A DNA stretch of 64,000 nt from Octopus bimaculoides (taxonomy: Eukaryota). The stretch spans positions 3,086,545 through 3,150,544 of the forward strand of contig NC_069002.1 of NCBI RefSeq assembly GCF_001194135.2, in the 5' to 3' direction. Positions 39,951 to 54,508 of this stretch are shown here, one piece after another. Within the stretch, counting starts at the first letter, position 1, and the number at the start of each line of letters is the position of its first letter. A model generated the notes under the pieces. The model made no database searches and was not told the DNA's origin. It worked only from the letters and a program-made list of their open reading frames with translations. The position numbers and the translations under genes are program-made.

Positions 39951-41107
39951 CCTTTAACAGGAAGAGTTATATTTTAGTTATTTTACTTTTGGGGTTTTTT
40001 TTTTCTTGTCTGGATGTCTGCAAAATCATTATTATTTAAATTGTTTTAAGAGCTTTTTTTTTTTTTGGTAAGGTTTTGTTTTTCTAGATCCTTCCTTTTC
40101 TCACCTCTCCTACAACTGTTCGTTACAAGAGAAATGGTAGATGGAAGCTTTATTGATTTTTATTATTTTTTTTTTTATGTTTGAGAAAATGGAGCGGAGG
40201 AAGATTGTTGTTTTATAGCTTTGTGTGGGGTTTTTTGTGTCGAACTTGTTTCGTTTTTCTTTATTTTTACCATTTTGCGTTTAGAGTTTACTTTCCTTCT
40301 TGCTGTACTTTCTGTCTTTGTTCTTTTTCTTTCCGTCTTTTTTTTATTTTTGTTTAGCTTTTTTACGATTTGGGGGGTTTGTGCTTGGTGTTTTTTTTTT
40401 AACATTAGCTATAATTTCATTGCCAGTCATCGATCAGGTTAAAACACAACACAAACAGCATTATTGTAAAAGAATACCTATATGAAAGATATAGTAACAG
40501 ATATACGATAATGATGATGACGATGACGATGACGATGACGATGATGATGATGATGACGATAAAGGAGAGAATGATGATGATTGTCATAATCGTGAACTTA
40601 AAGATGATGTTGCAGAGAAGGAGGTGGAAGATGGTAGTAGCAGCGACAACAGAATTAACAGTAACAACAGCAACAATAATAGTATTAATAATGTTAATAA
40701 TAATAACAACAACAACGACAATATTAACAACAATAATATTAAGAAAAACAATAACAAGAATAATATGGGAGAAAAAATGAAGCCGCTTTAAGTAATTTCG
40801 AATAAATTGTACAATGTGCAATAAGAGATACGTAGAATATGGGACACATAAGCTGAAAGTGTAATAGATAGAGAGAATGAGGAAAACACAATGGCGTCGA
40901 AATACAAATGTAGTTGAATATAATCTGTTAGAGAGAGAGAAGGAGTAGAAGAGGGGAAGAGAAAGAGGGGAAGAGAGATAGAGGGTTGGGAGGTACGTAG
41001 GCGATGGGATATAGAGAAAATTTATTGTGATGTAAAAAGAGCGTTGGTGATGGATGCTGGGTGGGGGTGAGAAAGATATGAGAGGAGAGAGAGTTTTGTA
41101 ACGAGAA

Positions 41108-41160
<53 letters not shown>

Positions 41161-41304
41161 TAGATAGATAGATAGATAGATAGTATATAGGTAACAGACA
41201 GACAGATAGATAGTAGATAGGTGGATAGACAGATATTCAGACAGACAGGCAGACAGAGAAACAGGCAGACAGACAGACATAGATAGATAGATAGAGAGAG
41301 AGAA

Positions 41305-41340
<36 letters not shown>

Positions 41341-41725
41341 TGAGAGAGATGGATACACATAGACACACAAGCTGACAGACAGACAGACTGACCGACAGAC
41401 AGACAGGGAGAAATGCGGGGCGTCGAAGAGGGGAGATAATTAAGATGTTATGGAAGAGAGTATACAGAACGAGGAAATGAGATTCTACATGGAGAGTCAA
41501 TTTTATAGATGTCTGTTAATCCTGGTCACGTACATCATAGATGTTTTCCTCCATTGGAAGTGAATCAATTTGCAATAAACGGCAAATTGCGCACGAACAC
41601 TCACACACACACTCACACACAGACACCATACGCACATACACGCCGCTGAGACAATCTCACACATGCATACACAATCGCACGTATTTCACGTTCTGTGTGT
41701 GTGTGTGTGTATGTGTGTGTGTGTA

Positions 41726-41761
<36 letters not shown>

Positions 41762-43133
41762 TGTGTGTGATTGATTCTTCCGACGTTAAAACCTCGTCGC
41801 TTCGTCTCTAGCCGTCCCTCGTTCACCACTACCCCACGGATGCAGAAATCCAATACACGCACCAATAGTACCTTCTGGAATATTCTGCTTCGTCGTTGTG
41901 ATTACAACAGAATACGGTGAAGGTGCCTGGTCCAACCGTGATTGCATTGAACCCTTAATATAAACAGACAGGTTTAATTTTTGCTTTTTATTTCTGAGAA
42001 ATCCACAAAGCCAGATTTACTTTAGATAATATTAAAGAGCTTATCATGGCAACACGATAGGTGTAGGTAAGTTGGTGCGACGGTTAGCACACTTAATATG
42101 GATATAAGAGCCCGTCGTATATATATGTATATATACGTATATGTTTGTGTGTCTGAAAATTGCAAAAGCTAAAAATGTTATGAGAAGTTAAATGCTGTGC
42201 GTAAATCCTAATTCAGCCGAATCGGCAACAAGGTCTCAGATTCAAAGTTGTATTCTCTACACCTTGTTTCTTTAAGAAGCATTTAGGACATCATTATCGA
42301 TTCTGCCTTTTCCTTATTCAACTGTGTAGGGAGTGATTTGCGAAAGGTTTGTCAACTGACCACGTTGACTTTGAGAAGCGAGGGATACGATTGCTCATGA
42401 GCCTCGAGCAAGACGAAACAGTCAGATAAAACCCATATCTAACGAGTAGATATTACGCGGTTTATTCCGACTTACATTTTTCTTTCGAGAATAAATATAT
42501 ATTTAGCAAACATGACGAATATGATTTCTAAATATAAATATATAGAAGCGAATGCAAGCGAACGATTATGCATGTGTTCGTGTATAAGTGTGTGTGCGAG
42601 AGAGAGTACAGGATGCGTGTCCGTTCGTTTGGAGAAAAAAAGGAAAAACGTGGCAAAAGTATTCAATGCTAGATAATACAAAAGGATTAAAAAATACGAA
42701 TTAACAGATAATCGATTTGATAGAAAAGTTAATTTATCTCGCAATTAACATTTTGTTTCATCTTACTCACTGTTAGAAATGGGTTTCATAATCTAGGGAA
42801 GCATTAAGGTCCTAGAAGCTGAGATTGGTTGGAAGGGGGGATAGACGCTATACTTCACCTTCATGCCGTGAACTGAAAAGTCGGGTAATATTGACCTACA
42901 GCGTACCACTGATTTTTATGAATTTTTCTGAAATAAGTTGGATAGATCTCTTCAAAGTAATCTAGATTTATGACTTAAGATAAAAATTCGTGTTTGTGGT
43001 TTGTGTGTGTATGTGTGTGTTTAGGAGTAATTCTGCATTTATGTATGTATAATATGTACACATCTATATCTTTTAATACATACGCATTCATAATTACATA
43101 CACAAACATATACATGTGTGTGTGTGTGTGTGT

Positions 43134-43177
<44 letters not shown>

Positions 43178-44958
43178 ATATATGTGAGAGTGTATAAATA
43201 CATACATGAATGTCAATCGTTCCTTCTGTCACACTCGCCCCTTCGATCACTCTCTCTCTCTTTTCTCTCTCTCTATCTCTCTCTCTCTCTTGGAAGTAGC
43301 ATAATCCAAAACCAAATACGTATTAATTTAAACTTGTGAATTAATAAGTCTTCTTCTATTATTAATTATACGGAACTGAATTAAATAGCTTTTGGAAATT
43401 TCCTGTAAAGAATGAAAGCCAAAGTTAAAACGGAAAAAATACAAAAAAATTAGCATATGATTTCATGAGTAAAATTTTATTAAGGAAATTAATGTTAGTC
43501 GCTTTCTACTATCCCTCCCTCACTCCCTCTCCCTTTATGTATATATATATACATATATATATACATTTATATATGTTTGATGTGTGTTTGATGTGTGAAT
43601 GTGTATATGTTACACATACATGCATGTATAATATCTCTATATATACATATGTATCTATATATATATATGTATGTGTATATATATATATATATATGTGCGT
43701 GAGTGTTTGTGCTTGTGTGTGCATATGTGCATCTATGTGTTTGCATCAAGCTGCTTATAAGTATATCTGCATATACATATACAGATATATAGATATATAT
43801 ATATACATACACACCTACATACATACACACGTGCATACATATACACGCACATACATACATACACACATACATATTCATTCATTTACTTGAAGCTAAAACA
43901 TCTTATCGGCGCCTTCTGCTCGTTTCAATTCTGTTGAAAATTCTACAAGACTAGTGACAAGTATAAGTAATTCTACCAGATAACTAGTAAAAGATTACAG
44001 CTCTCAAACAAGTTCTAAATTCTTCACAGAAATCAGACAACACTGACAGCAATCACATGCGAATTTCTGACCAGTTTTATGTCGGTGGTCGTTGTATTTA
44101 GCCCTAGGTAATACTCTGACTAGGCAGATAAAATTGTCACTCTGATCATGACAATTTAAATGTGTAACCATTTAACGTCGATAGTTCGATAGCTTATCGT
44201 CTTTGCGGTCTGCCATCTCCGCTATGAAATAGTTATAACATATTGCTGTTATTTTCGTCTTCATTTACCTTAGGTAAGCCTCTCATCTTGTAGCCCTATG
44301 CTCCAAATGTCATTCCGCTCGTGCCAGTCACAACTATCAATCTACTTGTCCCACTTTCTTTACCCTCTCTCTCTCTCTCTCCCTCTCTCTTTCTCTCTTT
44401 CTTTCTTTCTCTCTGTGTGACTTAATGCCATTGGTCAATTTTGTGGGCAGGTATGACACTGCGATTTTACGTATTTTCTACTTTTATATCAAGGGGTTTC
44501 TTTCTCGTTATTTCAAAATTATGACTTGTCTTTGTTGATCATCTCACGATGATCCGTGAATATGAATATATATACATTTATATGTGTGCCTGTGTGTGTA
44601 TAGATACGTTATACATATGCATGTGTATATATGGCTGTTTATATGAATGCATATAAATATAAATGTATGAATGTATATAAGTGTGTATATATACATTTAC
44701 TAATGCTACACATTTATGTCAATTACGAAAGAACAGTTCGCTTCGTTTTATTCGGAATGCATTGTCAATGACCAACTTTTAAATGTAAGTCGACGGAACA
44801 TACTAAATAATAGTAAATATATATATATATTATATATATGTGTGTGTGTGTATGTATGCACGTATATATATATATATATTAATAGACATAGACATTTTGG
44901 TATATACATACATATATATGCATATATATATGTATATGTATATATATATATATGCATA

Positions 44959-44995
<37 letters not shown>

Positions 44996-46132
44996 NNNNN
45001 NNNNNNNNNNNNNNNNNNNNNNNNNNNNNNNNNNNNNNNNNNNNNNNNNNNNNNNNNNNNNNNNNNNNNNNNNNNNNNNNNNNNNNNNNNNNNNNNNNNN
45101 NNNNNNNNNNNNNNNNNNNNNNNNNNNNNNNNNNNNNNNNNNNNNNNNNNNNNNNNNNNNNNNNNNNNNNNNNNNNNNNNNNNNNNNNNNNNNNNNNNNN
45201 NNNNNNNNNNNNNNNNNNNNNNNNNNNNNNNNNNNNNNNNNNNNNNNNNNNNNNNNNNNNNNNNNNNNNNNNNNNNNNNNNNNNNNNNNNNNNNNNNNNN
45301 NNNNNNNNNNNNNNNNNNNNNNNNNNNNNNNNNNNNNNNNNNNNNNNNNNNNNNNNNNNNNNNNNNNNNNNNNNNNNNNNNNNNNNNNNNNNNNNNNNNN
45401 NNNNNNNNNNNNNNNNNNNNNNNNNNNNNNNNNNNNNNNNNNNNNNNNNNNNNNNNNNNNNNNNNNNNNNNNNNNNNNNNNNNNNNNNNNNNNNNNNNNN
45501 NNNNNNNNNNNNNNNNNNNNNNNNNNNNNNNNNNNNNNNNNNNNNNNNNNNNNNNNNNNNNNNNNNNNNNNNNNNNNNNNNNNNNNNNNNNNNNNNNNNN
45601 NNNNNNNNNNNNNNNNNNNNNNNNNNNNNNNNNNNNNNNNNNNNNNNNNNNNNNNNNNNNNNNNNNNNNNNNNNNNNNNNNNNNNNNNNNNNNNNNNNNN
45701 NNNNNNNNNNNNNNNNNNNNNNNNNNNNNNNNNNNNNNNNNNNNNNNNNNNNNNNNNNNNNNNNNNNNNNNNNNNNNNNNNNNNNNNNNNNNNNNNNNNN
45801 NNNNNNNNNNNNNNNNNNNNNNNNNNNNNNNNNNNNNNNNNNNNNNNNNNNNNNNNNNNNNNNNNNNNNNNNNNNNNNNNNNNNCCTAATGTTTGTTGAA
45901 TGTAACTGGGCTAAACCTAAGGTGTGTATATGTCCTACAAATTAACCGGATGTGCTTTTTTAGTTGGCCATTTTCTCCCTACTTTGATGTTGTCTCCTTG
46001 CTTTTTGCTTTCGTTTCTGCTCCGCTTTTTTCTTTTTTGCATTTCTGAGCATTTTCATGTCTTCATATTTAGTTTCATTTGTATATTTGTTTAGTTTTTT
46101 ATCAGTTACATTAGAAAAGTATTGTGTGTGAG

Positions 46133-46210
<78 letters not shown>

Positions 46211-46282
46211 CGTATGTGTGTATATGTATGTATGTATGTTTATATGTATGCGCATATAATATGCGTGTGCGTATGTGAAATG

Positions 46283-46480
46283 AAATATATGATATTTAAA
46301 ACTCCATATTATTTAAGACTTAGTTCCAAAGTTGCCAAGATTTTTGGAAACCATATATGTAAACATTTCCCTGTAGGCCATAAATATCATAAGATCTTTA
46401 GTAGTAATAGCCTTAAGGGGATCTAGAGTTGCACCAAAAACTTTACTACTTCTACAGCCATTATAAACAGAGGAAAACTT
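46283..46480 (+). mobile_element. Penelope-like element ORF remnant (region C-terminal to the RT core, before GIY-YIG)
   Basis: TPYYLRLSSKVAKIFGNHICKHFPVGHKYHKIFSSNSLKGI*SCTKNF resembles the PLE pattern NPP(Y/F)S..V.TN.G..FL.L..KHFP..HK.HKIFN.N..K.SYSC..N. Confidence 0.8.
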
Positions 46481-48047
46481 CCCTATATCAACTTGAAAAA
46501 TTCTACTCCTGTATACAGCTAAAATAACCCTTATCTCCTAACTGTGTGCATGGTTTTTCTATTGTTTCCTTTTTTTCGGTGACAAAGTCCTCATGTGATG
46601 GAATTTTCACTCTGAACGTTTTCAACTTGCGCCCAGAGCTTTGCTGTTTGTATTGCCGTTATAAACACAGAAGACATCTGAAATAGCCCTAACTGCATTT
46701 CTTATCTCCCAACCGTACGCTTCGTTTTAACTCAAAATTCTGCGTAAAAAGCAGCATCACACAGAACTGCTTCGATTAGCTATTTCTGAAACTCACGATA
46801 TCACACAAATTGTATGAACTTCGTTTATGTTCATTCTGAAGGAAGTGGGGTACTCTGTCAATGGAAAAGATCTAATCCTTTTTTCTATTGTTTCGTTTCC
46901 CTTCTGTAACAAAATCCTGGGATTTTCTCGCTGGGAAATTTTTAACATATAATTATATTAGTTTACTAAACTGAGGTCCCTATTTTAAACAACACCAAGA
47001 CAAGTCATAAAATTATATATATANNNNNNNNNNNNNNNNNNNNNNNNNNNNNNNNNNNNNNNNNNNNNNNNNNNNNNNNNNNNNNNNNNNNNNNNNNNNN
47101 NNNNNNNNNNNNNNNNNNNNNNNNNNNNNNNNNNNNNNNNNNNNNNNNNNNNNNNNNNNNNNNNNNNNNNNNNNNNNNNNNNNNNNNNNNNNNNNNNNNN
47201 NNNNNNNNNNNNNNNNNNNNNNNNNNNNNNNNNNNNNNNNNNNNNNNNNNNNNNNNNNNNNNNNNNNNNNNNNNNNNNNNNNNNNNNNNNNNNNNNNNNN
47301 NNNNNNNNNNNNNNNNNNNNNNNNNNNNNNNNNNNNNNNNNNNNNNNNNNNNNNNNNNNNNNNNNNNNNNNNNNNNNNNNNNNNNNNNNNNNNNNNNNNN
47401 NNNNNNNNNNNNNNNNNNNNNNNNNNNNNNNNNNNNNNNNNNNNNNNNNNNNNNNNNNNNNNNNNNNNNNNNNNNNNNNNNNNNNNNNNNNATATATATA
47501 TATATATAGCCAATGACTTTATAAAGGTATTGCTTAAGGAAGCCTAAACTTGCCGTCCAAATAGCTAGGTGAGACTACGCACAGTGGTAAGGCCTGCCTA
47601 TAAGTAGTTGTGAACATGTATATTGTCCAATCAGCTCACAGAATACATCACTAGAAGGCGGTCGATCATTTACGCGTAGAACCCAATGTTATATTACTAA
47701 TTAACCTGCTGTCAGTGCAGGAAAATTCCCATATGATCGACCAACCGACTGCACATCATTAAAACGACAAAATCTTTCAAAAGTTTGCACATCCAATCGT
47801 TAAATTACGGCACCGAAACACATGCGAATGAAATATTAAAATACAAATTATGGCAAACGACAATTCATCGGGAATAGAAACCAATCTCTTACAGGAGAGT
47901 GTCGAAGATTTGTTTTTGAAAACAAAGGAATTTTTTATAGTATTTTTGTTTATTTGTTTCTGCTTCATTTATTTTTTCCAGAATATAATGTTGCACATTT
48001 GTCTCCCTTGTCAAGAGAGTTCGATTCCAGGCAGTGGCGTGAATAAC

Positions 48048-48081
<34 letters not shown>

Positions 48082-48213
48082 CGACCTTGTATTTATCTTA
48101 ATGGCCTACCGGTGTATACAGTGAGTTTCTTTGCCCTAGGTTTCGGGGAGACGTTCGGCAAGAAATGTAAATGAAATGGAAAGAAGAGGATAATAATAAT
48201 AATAATAATGATA

Positions 48214-48246
<33 letters not shown>

Positions 48247-49088
48247 ATGATGATGATGATGATAACGAGGAGGAGGAGGGAGGAGGAGGAGAGGGAAGGA
48301 AGGAAGAGCAGGACGACGACGACAACAACAGTCTTTTCCGTTCTTTTGTTGGTGAAGGTAGAAATCTTGTCTATTTTCGTAATCATATTTTGAATAGTTA
48401 ACTTCCGGAGGAGTTCAAAGATAATTACGTTAATTGAAAAGTTGCAATCCACTTCCTGTTGTGTGCGTTTTGTATTTGTAATTATGGTATTTTTAANNNN
48501 NNNNNNNNNNNNNNNNNNNNNNNNNNNNNNNNNNNNNNNNNNNNNNNNNNNNNNNNNNNNNNNNNNNNNNNNNNNNNNNNNNNNNNNNNNNNNNNNNNNN
48601 NNNNNNNNNNNNNNNNNNNNNNNNNNNNNNNNNNNNNNNNNNNNNNNNNNNNNNNNNNNNNNNNNNNTAATACCTACATACATACACAGACAGATAGATA
48701 TACATGCATACACATGTCTATATTTGAATAAAGATAAATAGATGAATGGATAAATAAATACGTGTGTATGTGCCTGGACTTGCATGTAAGTCTGTGCTAC
48801 GTGTGTGCATGTGCATGAACATATCTGTTAATGCATTTGAATGAGTGCGTGCGAGTACGTGTGTGTGTATGTATTTGTGTGTTTGTGTGTGTGCGCGAGC
48901 GATGTGAGGTCTATATGTGAATACTTCTCTGTCACCATCAATGTATCAGTGAATGTGCATGTGTGTGTATATGTGTGTGTATATGTGTGTGTGTGCGTAT
49001 ATGTGCGTATATGTGTGCGTGTTGTGTGTGACCAGTTATTTCAGTACATTCTACCTCTCGTTACTTCCGTCTAAATTCATTTAACCAG

Positions 49089-49163
49089 AAAGAATCCTTT
49101 TAGAAGCCATGTTAAATGGAGAGAAAGCGACACAAACAGGCGAAGAACGGAGCATCAGCAACC
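49089..49163 (+). other. Weak candidate exon, 75 nt
   Basis: Acceptor 'cattttaaccag'-like at 49087-49088 and donor '|gtatgt' at 49164. One frame gives RILLEAMLNGEKATQTGEERSISN, with gccATG context. Confidence 0.25.
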
Positions 49164-49656
49164 GTATGTGTGGTGGGAAGGCATGGTTCATCTTGGGTGC
49201 GTGTGGTGGTGATGGGGGTATTGATAAGGTGGAGTGTGGAATGAAGGGGGTGGACTGGATGTTTGAATGGTTGGATGGAGAACATAGGTTGTTGGGGGTT
49301 AAGGAGTACCAAAAATAAATGAAAGGGAAACAGAAATAATTTTTTTCCGATTTCTTTTTTGTTATTATGTTTTGTTTGTTTTTGAGGGAGTTATTTTTTG
49401 CTTATTTCTTTTGTAACTTTTTTCTGTTGATGCTTTTTGTATTTGTTTGTTTTGTTATTTTTATTTAAAAGAAATAACGGTGGCGGGAGAGAGGGCGGGC
49501 TGCAGATTTGAGCAAATTATTGTGGAGAGAAGCTCGAAGTGGAGGGAATTAGAAGAAGAAGAAGACTAACGTACATGCCATGTTTAATATAGTGAACGGA
49601 AATAGCTTAATAATGAATTTATTTGGCCATATTTCTACTACTTATAGTGAATAGTA

Positions 49657-49872
49657 ATAACCCTTTCTACTGTAGACACAAGGCCAGGAATTTTGGGGAG
49701 GGTGCTAGTCGATTATATCAACCCCAGTATTCAACTGCTACTTAATTTATCAAACCCCGAAAGGATGAAAGACAAAGTCGACCTCAGTGAGATTTGAACT
49801 GAGAGCGTAAAGACCAAAGACATGCCACAGCGCATTTTGTCCGCTGCATTAACGATTCTGCCAGATCGTCGT
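49657..49872 (-). mobile_element. Family A SINE-like copy
   Basis: 'ccccgaaaggatgaaagacaaagtcgacctc...atttgaact...aacgattctgccag' is the reverse complement of family A. Confidence 0.88.
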
Positions 49873-49927
49873 TCGAAAATTATAATAAAGATATGAGAAC
49901 TTATTAATACGATAAAAATTCGTTACG

Positions 49928-50130
49928 AGGTTTGAGGTCGTACCAATTTTTTGCTTTGTCAAGTCCATACTTGTTGCAGAGTGTCCAATGGACAAGCCTG
50001 GCTACATTGTCGTGGCGTCTCTTATATTCCTTCTGGGCTAGTGGCGTACATGGGCTGGTAATATGCCATACGGCTTCACCGTTTTGTCCACAGATTCTGC
50101 ACTTAACACTTTCTGCAGTTTTGTCTATTA
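49928..50130 (-). mobile_element. RLE-type LINE (R4/Dong-like) fragment: CCHC zinc knuckle plus RHD motif
   Basis: KCRICGQNGEAVWHITSPCTPLAQKEYKRRHDNVARLVHWTLCNKYGLDKAKNWYDLKP fits CxxC-x7-H-x4-C...RHD.V...H, typical of RLE non-LTR ORFs. Confidence 0.9.
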
Positions 50131-50138
50131 TTATTAAT

Positions 50139-50179
<41 letters not shown>

Positions 50180-50379
50180 TACTATTATTATTATTATTAA
50201 TTTTGTTCATCATGTACAGATACGTGTATATTCGTCATTATTTAATTTATTTTATTTAATTTTAGAAAAATTGAAACATGTCTTTGACAATTCCGAAGCG
50301 TATTGAGTTTATTTTGCGCGTGACTTTTGGCTCACCCTCTATTATTGTATGGCTGCGAGTGAGAATGTCTGTGAAAGAT

Positions 50380-50430
<51 letters not shown>

Positions 50431-50491
50431 CGTGCGTGTATGTGTGTATATGTGAGTGAGAGGAGTGCATTTTCATACGCGTGTGAGTTCT

Positions 50492-50538
<47 letters not shown>

Positions 50539-50599
50539 TTTTTATACCAATAATTTATTTCTAGTTACACTATGCTCCAAAATACGATGAACTAATCAT

Positions 50600-51020
50600 A
50601 ACCGGAACATTCTGGGTCGTAATTTTTGGGGGGGGGGGTCAAAAGTAATAGTAGGCTAAGCAAAAGTATAAAAAAAACTTGATTCTGATTTTTGGTAACT
50701 CTAGACAAATTGTGAGTTTTTTCTTTAAGATCCTGTAAATGTTTTTAGAGTTTTTCATCCACATCGAAATATGTTGAGAAGAAAATTGGTAGGTGTCCCT
50801 AAGTACAAACATGAATTGTTTACTAAGCAGCTGTGTATTACTTGGCATAATGTTGTGTTGCTAGTGTGGATTGATTTTGATCTAAAGGGGATTCATGTAT
50901 AATGATTCTTATGCAGATTGGTACATGATTTTTATGAGTGAGGATAACATTTGTTAGTTCCATAAAGGTGCTTTCAATGCCATTAATGTTGCATTGCAGA
51001 ATTTTTAGATTTTGGACATC
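50600..51020 (-). mobile_element. Decayed APE endonuclease of a non-LTR retrotransposon
   Basis: NLKILQCNINGIESTFMELTNVILTHKNHVPICIRIIIHESPL resembles the APE N-terminal 'ILQ.NING...EL...I.IQE' motif; stops and frameshifts follow. Confidence 0.65.
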
Positions 51021-52210
51021 ATGTTTTATCAATTCGTCTCATTAATTCATTTTTTTATATTCAGTATTCAGTCTAATGATTCACCTAAACCCTTACGCCA
51101 AAGGTATGAAATTTTGTGGAGGGGTATAGCGATTAAAAGAATCATTTTTGAGGATGTGGAGAAGAAGGGCGATTGTAATGGTGATAGCGATACTGATAAT
51201 ATACACGATAACGAATTTGATAGCCATCGTCACCTTTATATGATACTCAGTAGAATTTTCATTGTCATCATTAGCAAAGTCATCAACCCCATTTTTATCG
51301 ATACTATTATAATCATCATCATCATCGTCGTCGTCGTCATTGTCATTTCCATCATCATCGTCTTTATCATTGTCAGCATCAATCTCACGATCTTCATCAA
51401 CATCTCCAATTATCATCATCATTATAATTATCAACACCAATATTATAGTCACTACCACCATCAGCAGCAGCATCAACATATTCATCGTTGCCACCATCAT
51501 CATTATCATCATCATCGTCATCATCTTCTTCTTCATCGTCATCACTATGATTATACTCTTATTGCAGATGTTGAAAATGTAGAACAAAATAAAGATACAA
51601 ATTACAAGCGGAAAATTAATTTCTTATTAAGAAAAAATATATTTAGTTGTATAAAAAAAATATATTTTGACGTATATGTGTGAGTGTGTGTATGTATATT
51701 TAGGTATATTAAAAATATATTTAGATGTATATTAAAAAAAGAAAACACAAGAGCTGTTGTGAATTTTAATATAGATAATTTCGTCTGTATGTGAATGTGT
51801 GTCACGTGTATTCTTCAGTGAGGCTATTTTTGTGGTATGTATGTGGGTGAATGTGTTTGTGTATGGATATGCAAGTGCGCGTATACTAATTCGTTCGCGT
51901 AAGTTTCCTTGGACGTTTTTGTATGCGTATATGTGCCCGAATGAATGTGTGTGTATGTGATTTGTATGTACGATTCGGTTTATCTGTATGTGTGTTTCCG
52001 CATGTGTAAACATATGTGAGTATGTGTTTGAGCGTATACTGATGTACGTATGTATGTATGTATGTGAGTGCGTGTACTAGTTTAAATAGACATACACACA
52101 CATATCTACATATACATATTTACATGTGTGTGTACGTATATATATACACATACATATATATTTATATATATACATATATGTGTGTGTATATATATATATA
52201 TATATGCATG

Positions 52211-52262
<52 letters not shown>

Positions 52263-52410
52263 NNNNNNNNNNNNNNNNNNNNNNNNNNNNNNNNNNNNNN
52301 NNNNNNNNNNNNNNNNNNNNNNNNNNNNNNNNNNNNNNNNNNNNNNNNNNNNNNNNNNNNNNNNNNNNNNNNNNNNNNNNNNNNNNNNNNNNNNNNNNNN
52401 NNNNNNNNNN

Positions 52411-52476
<66 letters not shown>

Positions 52477-52768
52477 AATGTGCATCAGTGTGCTTGCGAA
52501 TAGATATTTGTTTACGGAGGCACAAATAAACAGGTGTGCGTGTATGCATGTGAGTATATATATATATATATATGTGCATTTATGTATATGCTGCGTGCGT
52601 ATGTATGTGGCGTGTGTCTGATGGGGCTGGAGAATGCGTCCAATAATAATTCTATGTTTATGGCCCTCTAAATATAATTTTTAGGCTTGCATTATTTCCT
52701 GTTACCATTTTCTTTATTTTTATATTTTTCAATTACCATTCTCATTATTATTATTATTAGTAGTATTA

Positions 52769-52832
<64 letters not shown>

Positions 52833-52995
52833 CATTAATATGATTATTATTACTATCATCATTATTATTATTATTCAATTTGTTGTTTCACTGATGAAAA
52901 CTATACGAATTTCTAAATGAGTTTATTGGCTTAGAGACGTCACTGAAATGTGGTTATTATCATATTTCAAATTTTTACTAACATTAAAAATACAT

Positions 52996-53052
<57 letters not shown>

Positions 53053-53321
53053 TATGTGTGCTTGTATGTATATGTATATATATGTATGTATATTATTTAA
53101 AATACATAAATATATGTACAAAAGAAAAATAAATACCAGAATTCTCATCAAAATATTTAGGCAAATTAGGGAAATAAACACATCCCCCAACCAACCAACC
53201 ACTCCCACTACCACACAAATGCACACATGCACTCACGCATATACACAAGCACACACACACAAGCAATACTAGATTTCAAGAAAGTTATATGTTTAAGATT
53301 GTAACACATTTTCAAAAAAGT

Positions 53322-53480
53322 TCGATCAGCAGAATCGCTGGTGCGTCGAAACAACTGCCGTTGTGTGATAATTGCACCAGTTCACTACGTTCTGAGTTCA
53401 ACTCCTACCGAGGTCAGCTTTACCTTTCATCCTTCTAGAGTCGATAAGTAACATACCAGTCAAGTATTGGAGTCAATTTG
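53322..53480 (+). mobile_element. Family A SINE-like copy, degenerate
   Basis: 'ctacgttctgagttcaactcctaccgaggtcagctttacctttcatccttctagagtcgataag'. Confidence 0.8.
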
Positions 53481-54468
53481 CCTGCTGCTTATACCACCAC
53501 CATTACCACCAGCCTCTCTCTCTTAGAATCGGCTGCAATGAGAAGGAATCTAACCCAACCCCGATCCCAGGAATGGGGTGGGGTTGAGCAACGGGCTTGC
53601 ACGACCTTCTAATCGAGCGTTCTAAAATAACCCTCCAAAGAAACCATTGAACAGGGCGCTATTGCAATTACTGATGGGTGCTGGGAAGTTGGACCCAATA
53701 AGGTATTATAGTATTTTTAGAAAAGACGGAAAAGTGGAGACATTATTCCTCTGGGACAGTTGCTGCAGCTTTTCTAAGTGAATTTGTGCCAATCAGTCAT
53801 TTGTCTTGTTTTTATCTTTTTTTTTTTTTTTGGTCGGGAGGGGGTCCGTGTTTGCAGCTGTGGAACAATCACAGATGTGAGAAAAATCCTCTTTTGTAAG
53901 CCTCACTCGAGTTTCTTTGAGTGTTATTAATTGTTTGAGGTTAAGTGCGTTCTGACTCTCAAAATAAGGATCAATCGCTGGAATGGATACGGTCCTAGCT
54001 AAGCTAAGGCCGTGCTTTCGTCGGGAGAAATCTTCGGTACCAGTAAAACCCAAGACTTGGAGCGATTTGAGAGATCTACAAGAGTGCTACTCATGATAGA
54101 AGGATGTGTGATAAGTTCAATGAATCTAAAGATAGATTCAACGCTATATCACTGTATCAATATATCCCAACATCCTTTGCGGTGTGGATTGAGCGTTACG
54201 CTTTTGTTTGTGAAACTAAATATGTGGATATATACATTGTCAAACAATATAATACTGTGCATACTTCTATGTGTGTGTATGTATGTGTGTGTGTGTGTGT
54301 GTGTGAGGAGGCGGGGAAAATGTGAAAGATGCAAAAGAGACGAATAGAACGAGAAAATGTAAATGAAAGTGGGTGTAGGAAACTAGTGGAGTTGGAAAAT
54401 GTAATAAAGAATAAAAGAAACTGAACGATGTGAGAAAGAAAGATAGGAAGGAGGGAAGAAAGGGGAGA

Positions 54469-54508
<40 letters not shown>

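Noticed and set aside
53983-54096. Small ORF MDTVLAKLRPCFRREKSSVPVKPKTWSDLRDLQECYS*
   Set aside because: 37 codons, with no homology I recognise and no convincing splice or promoter context.
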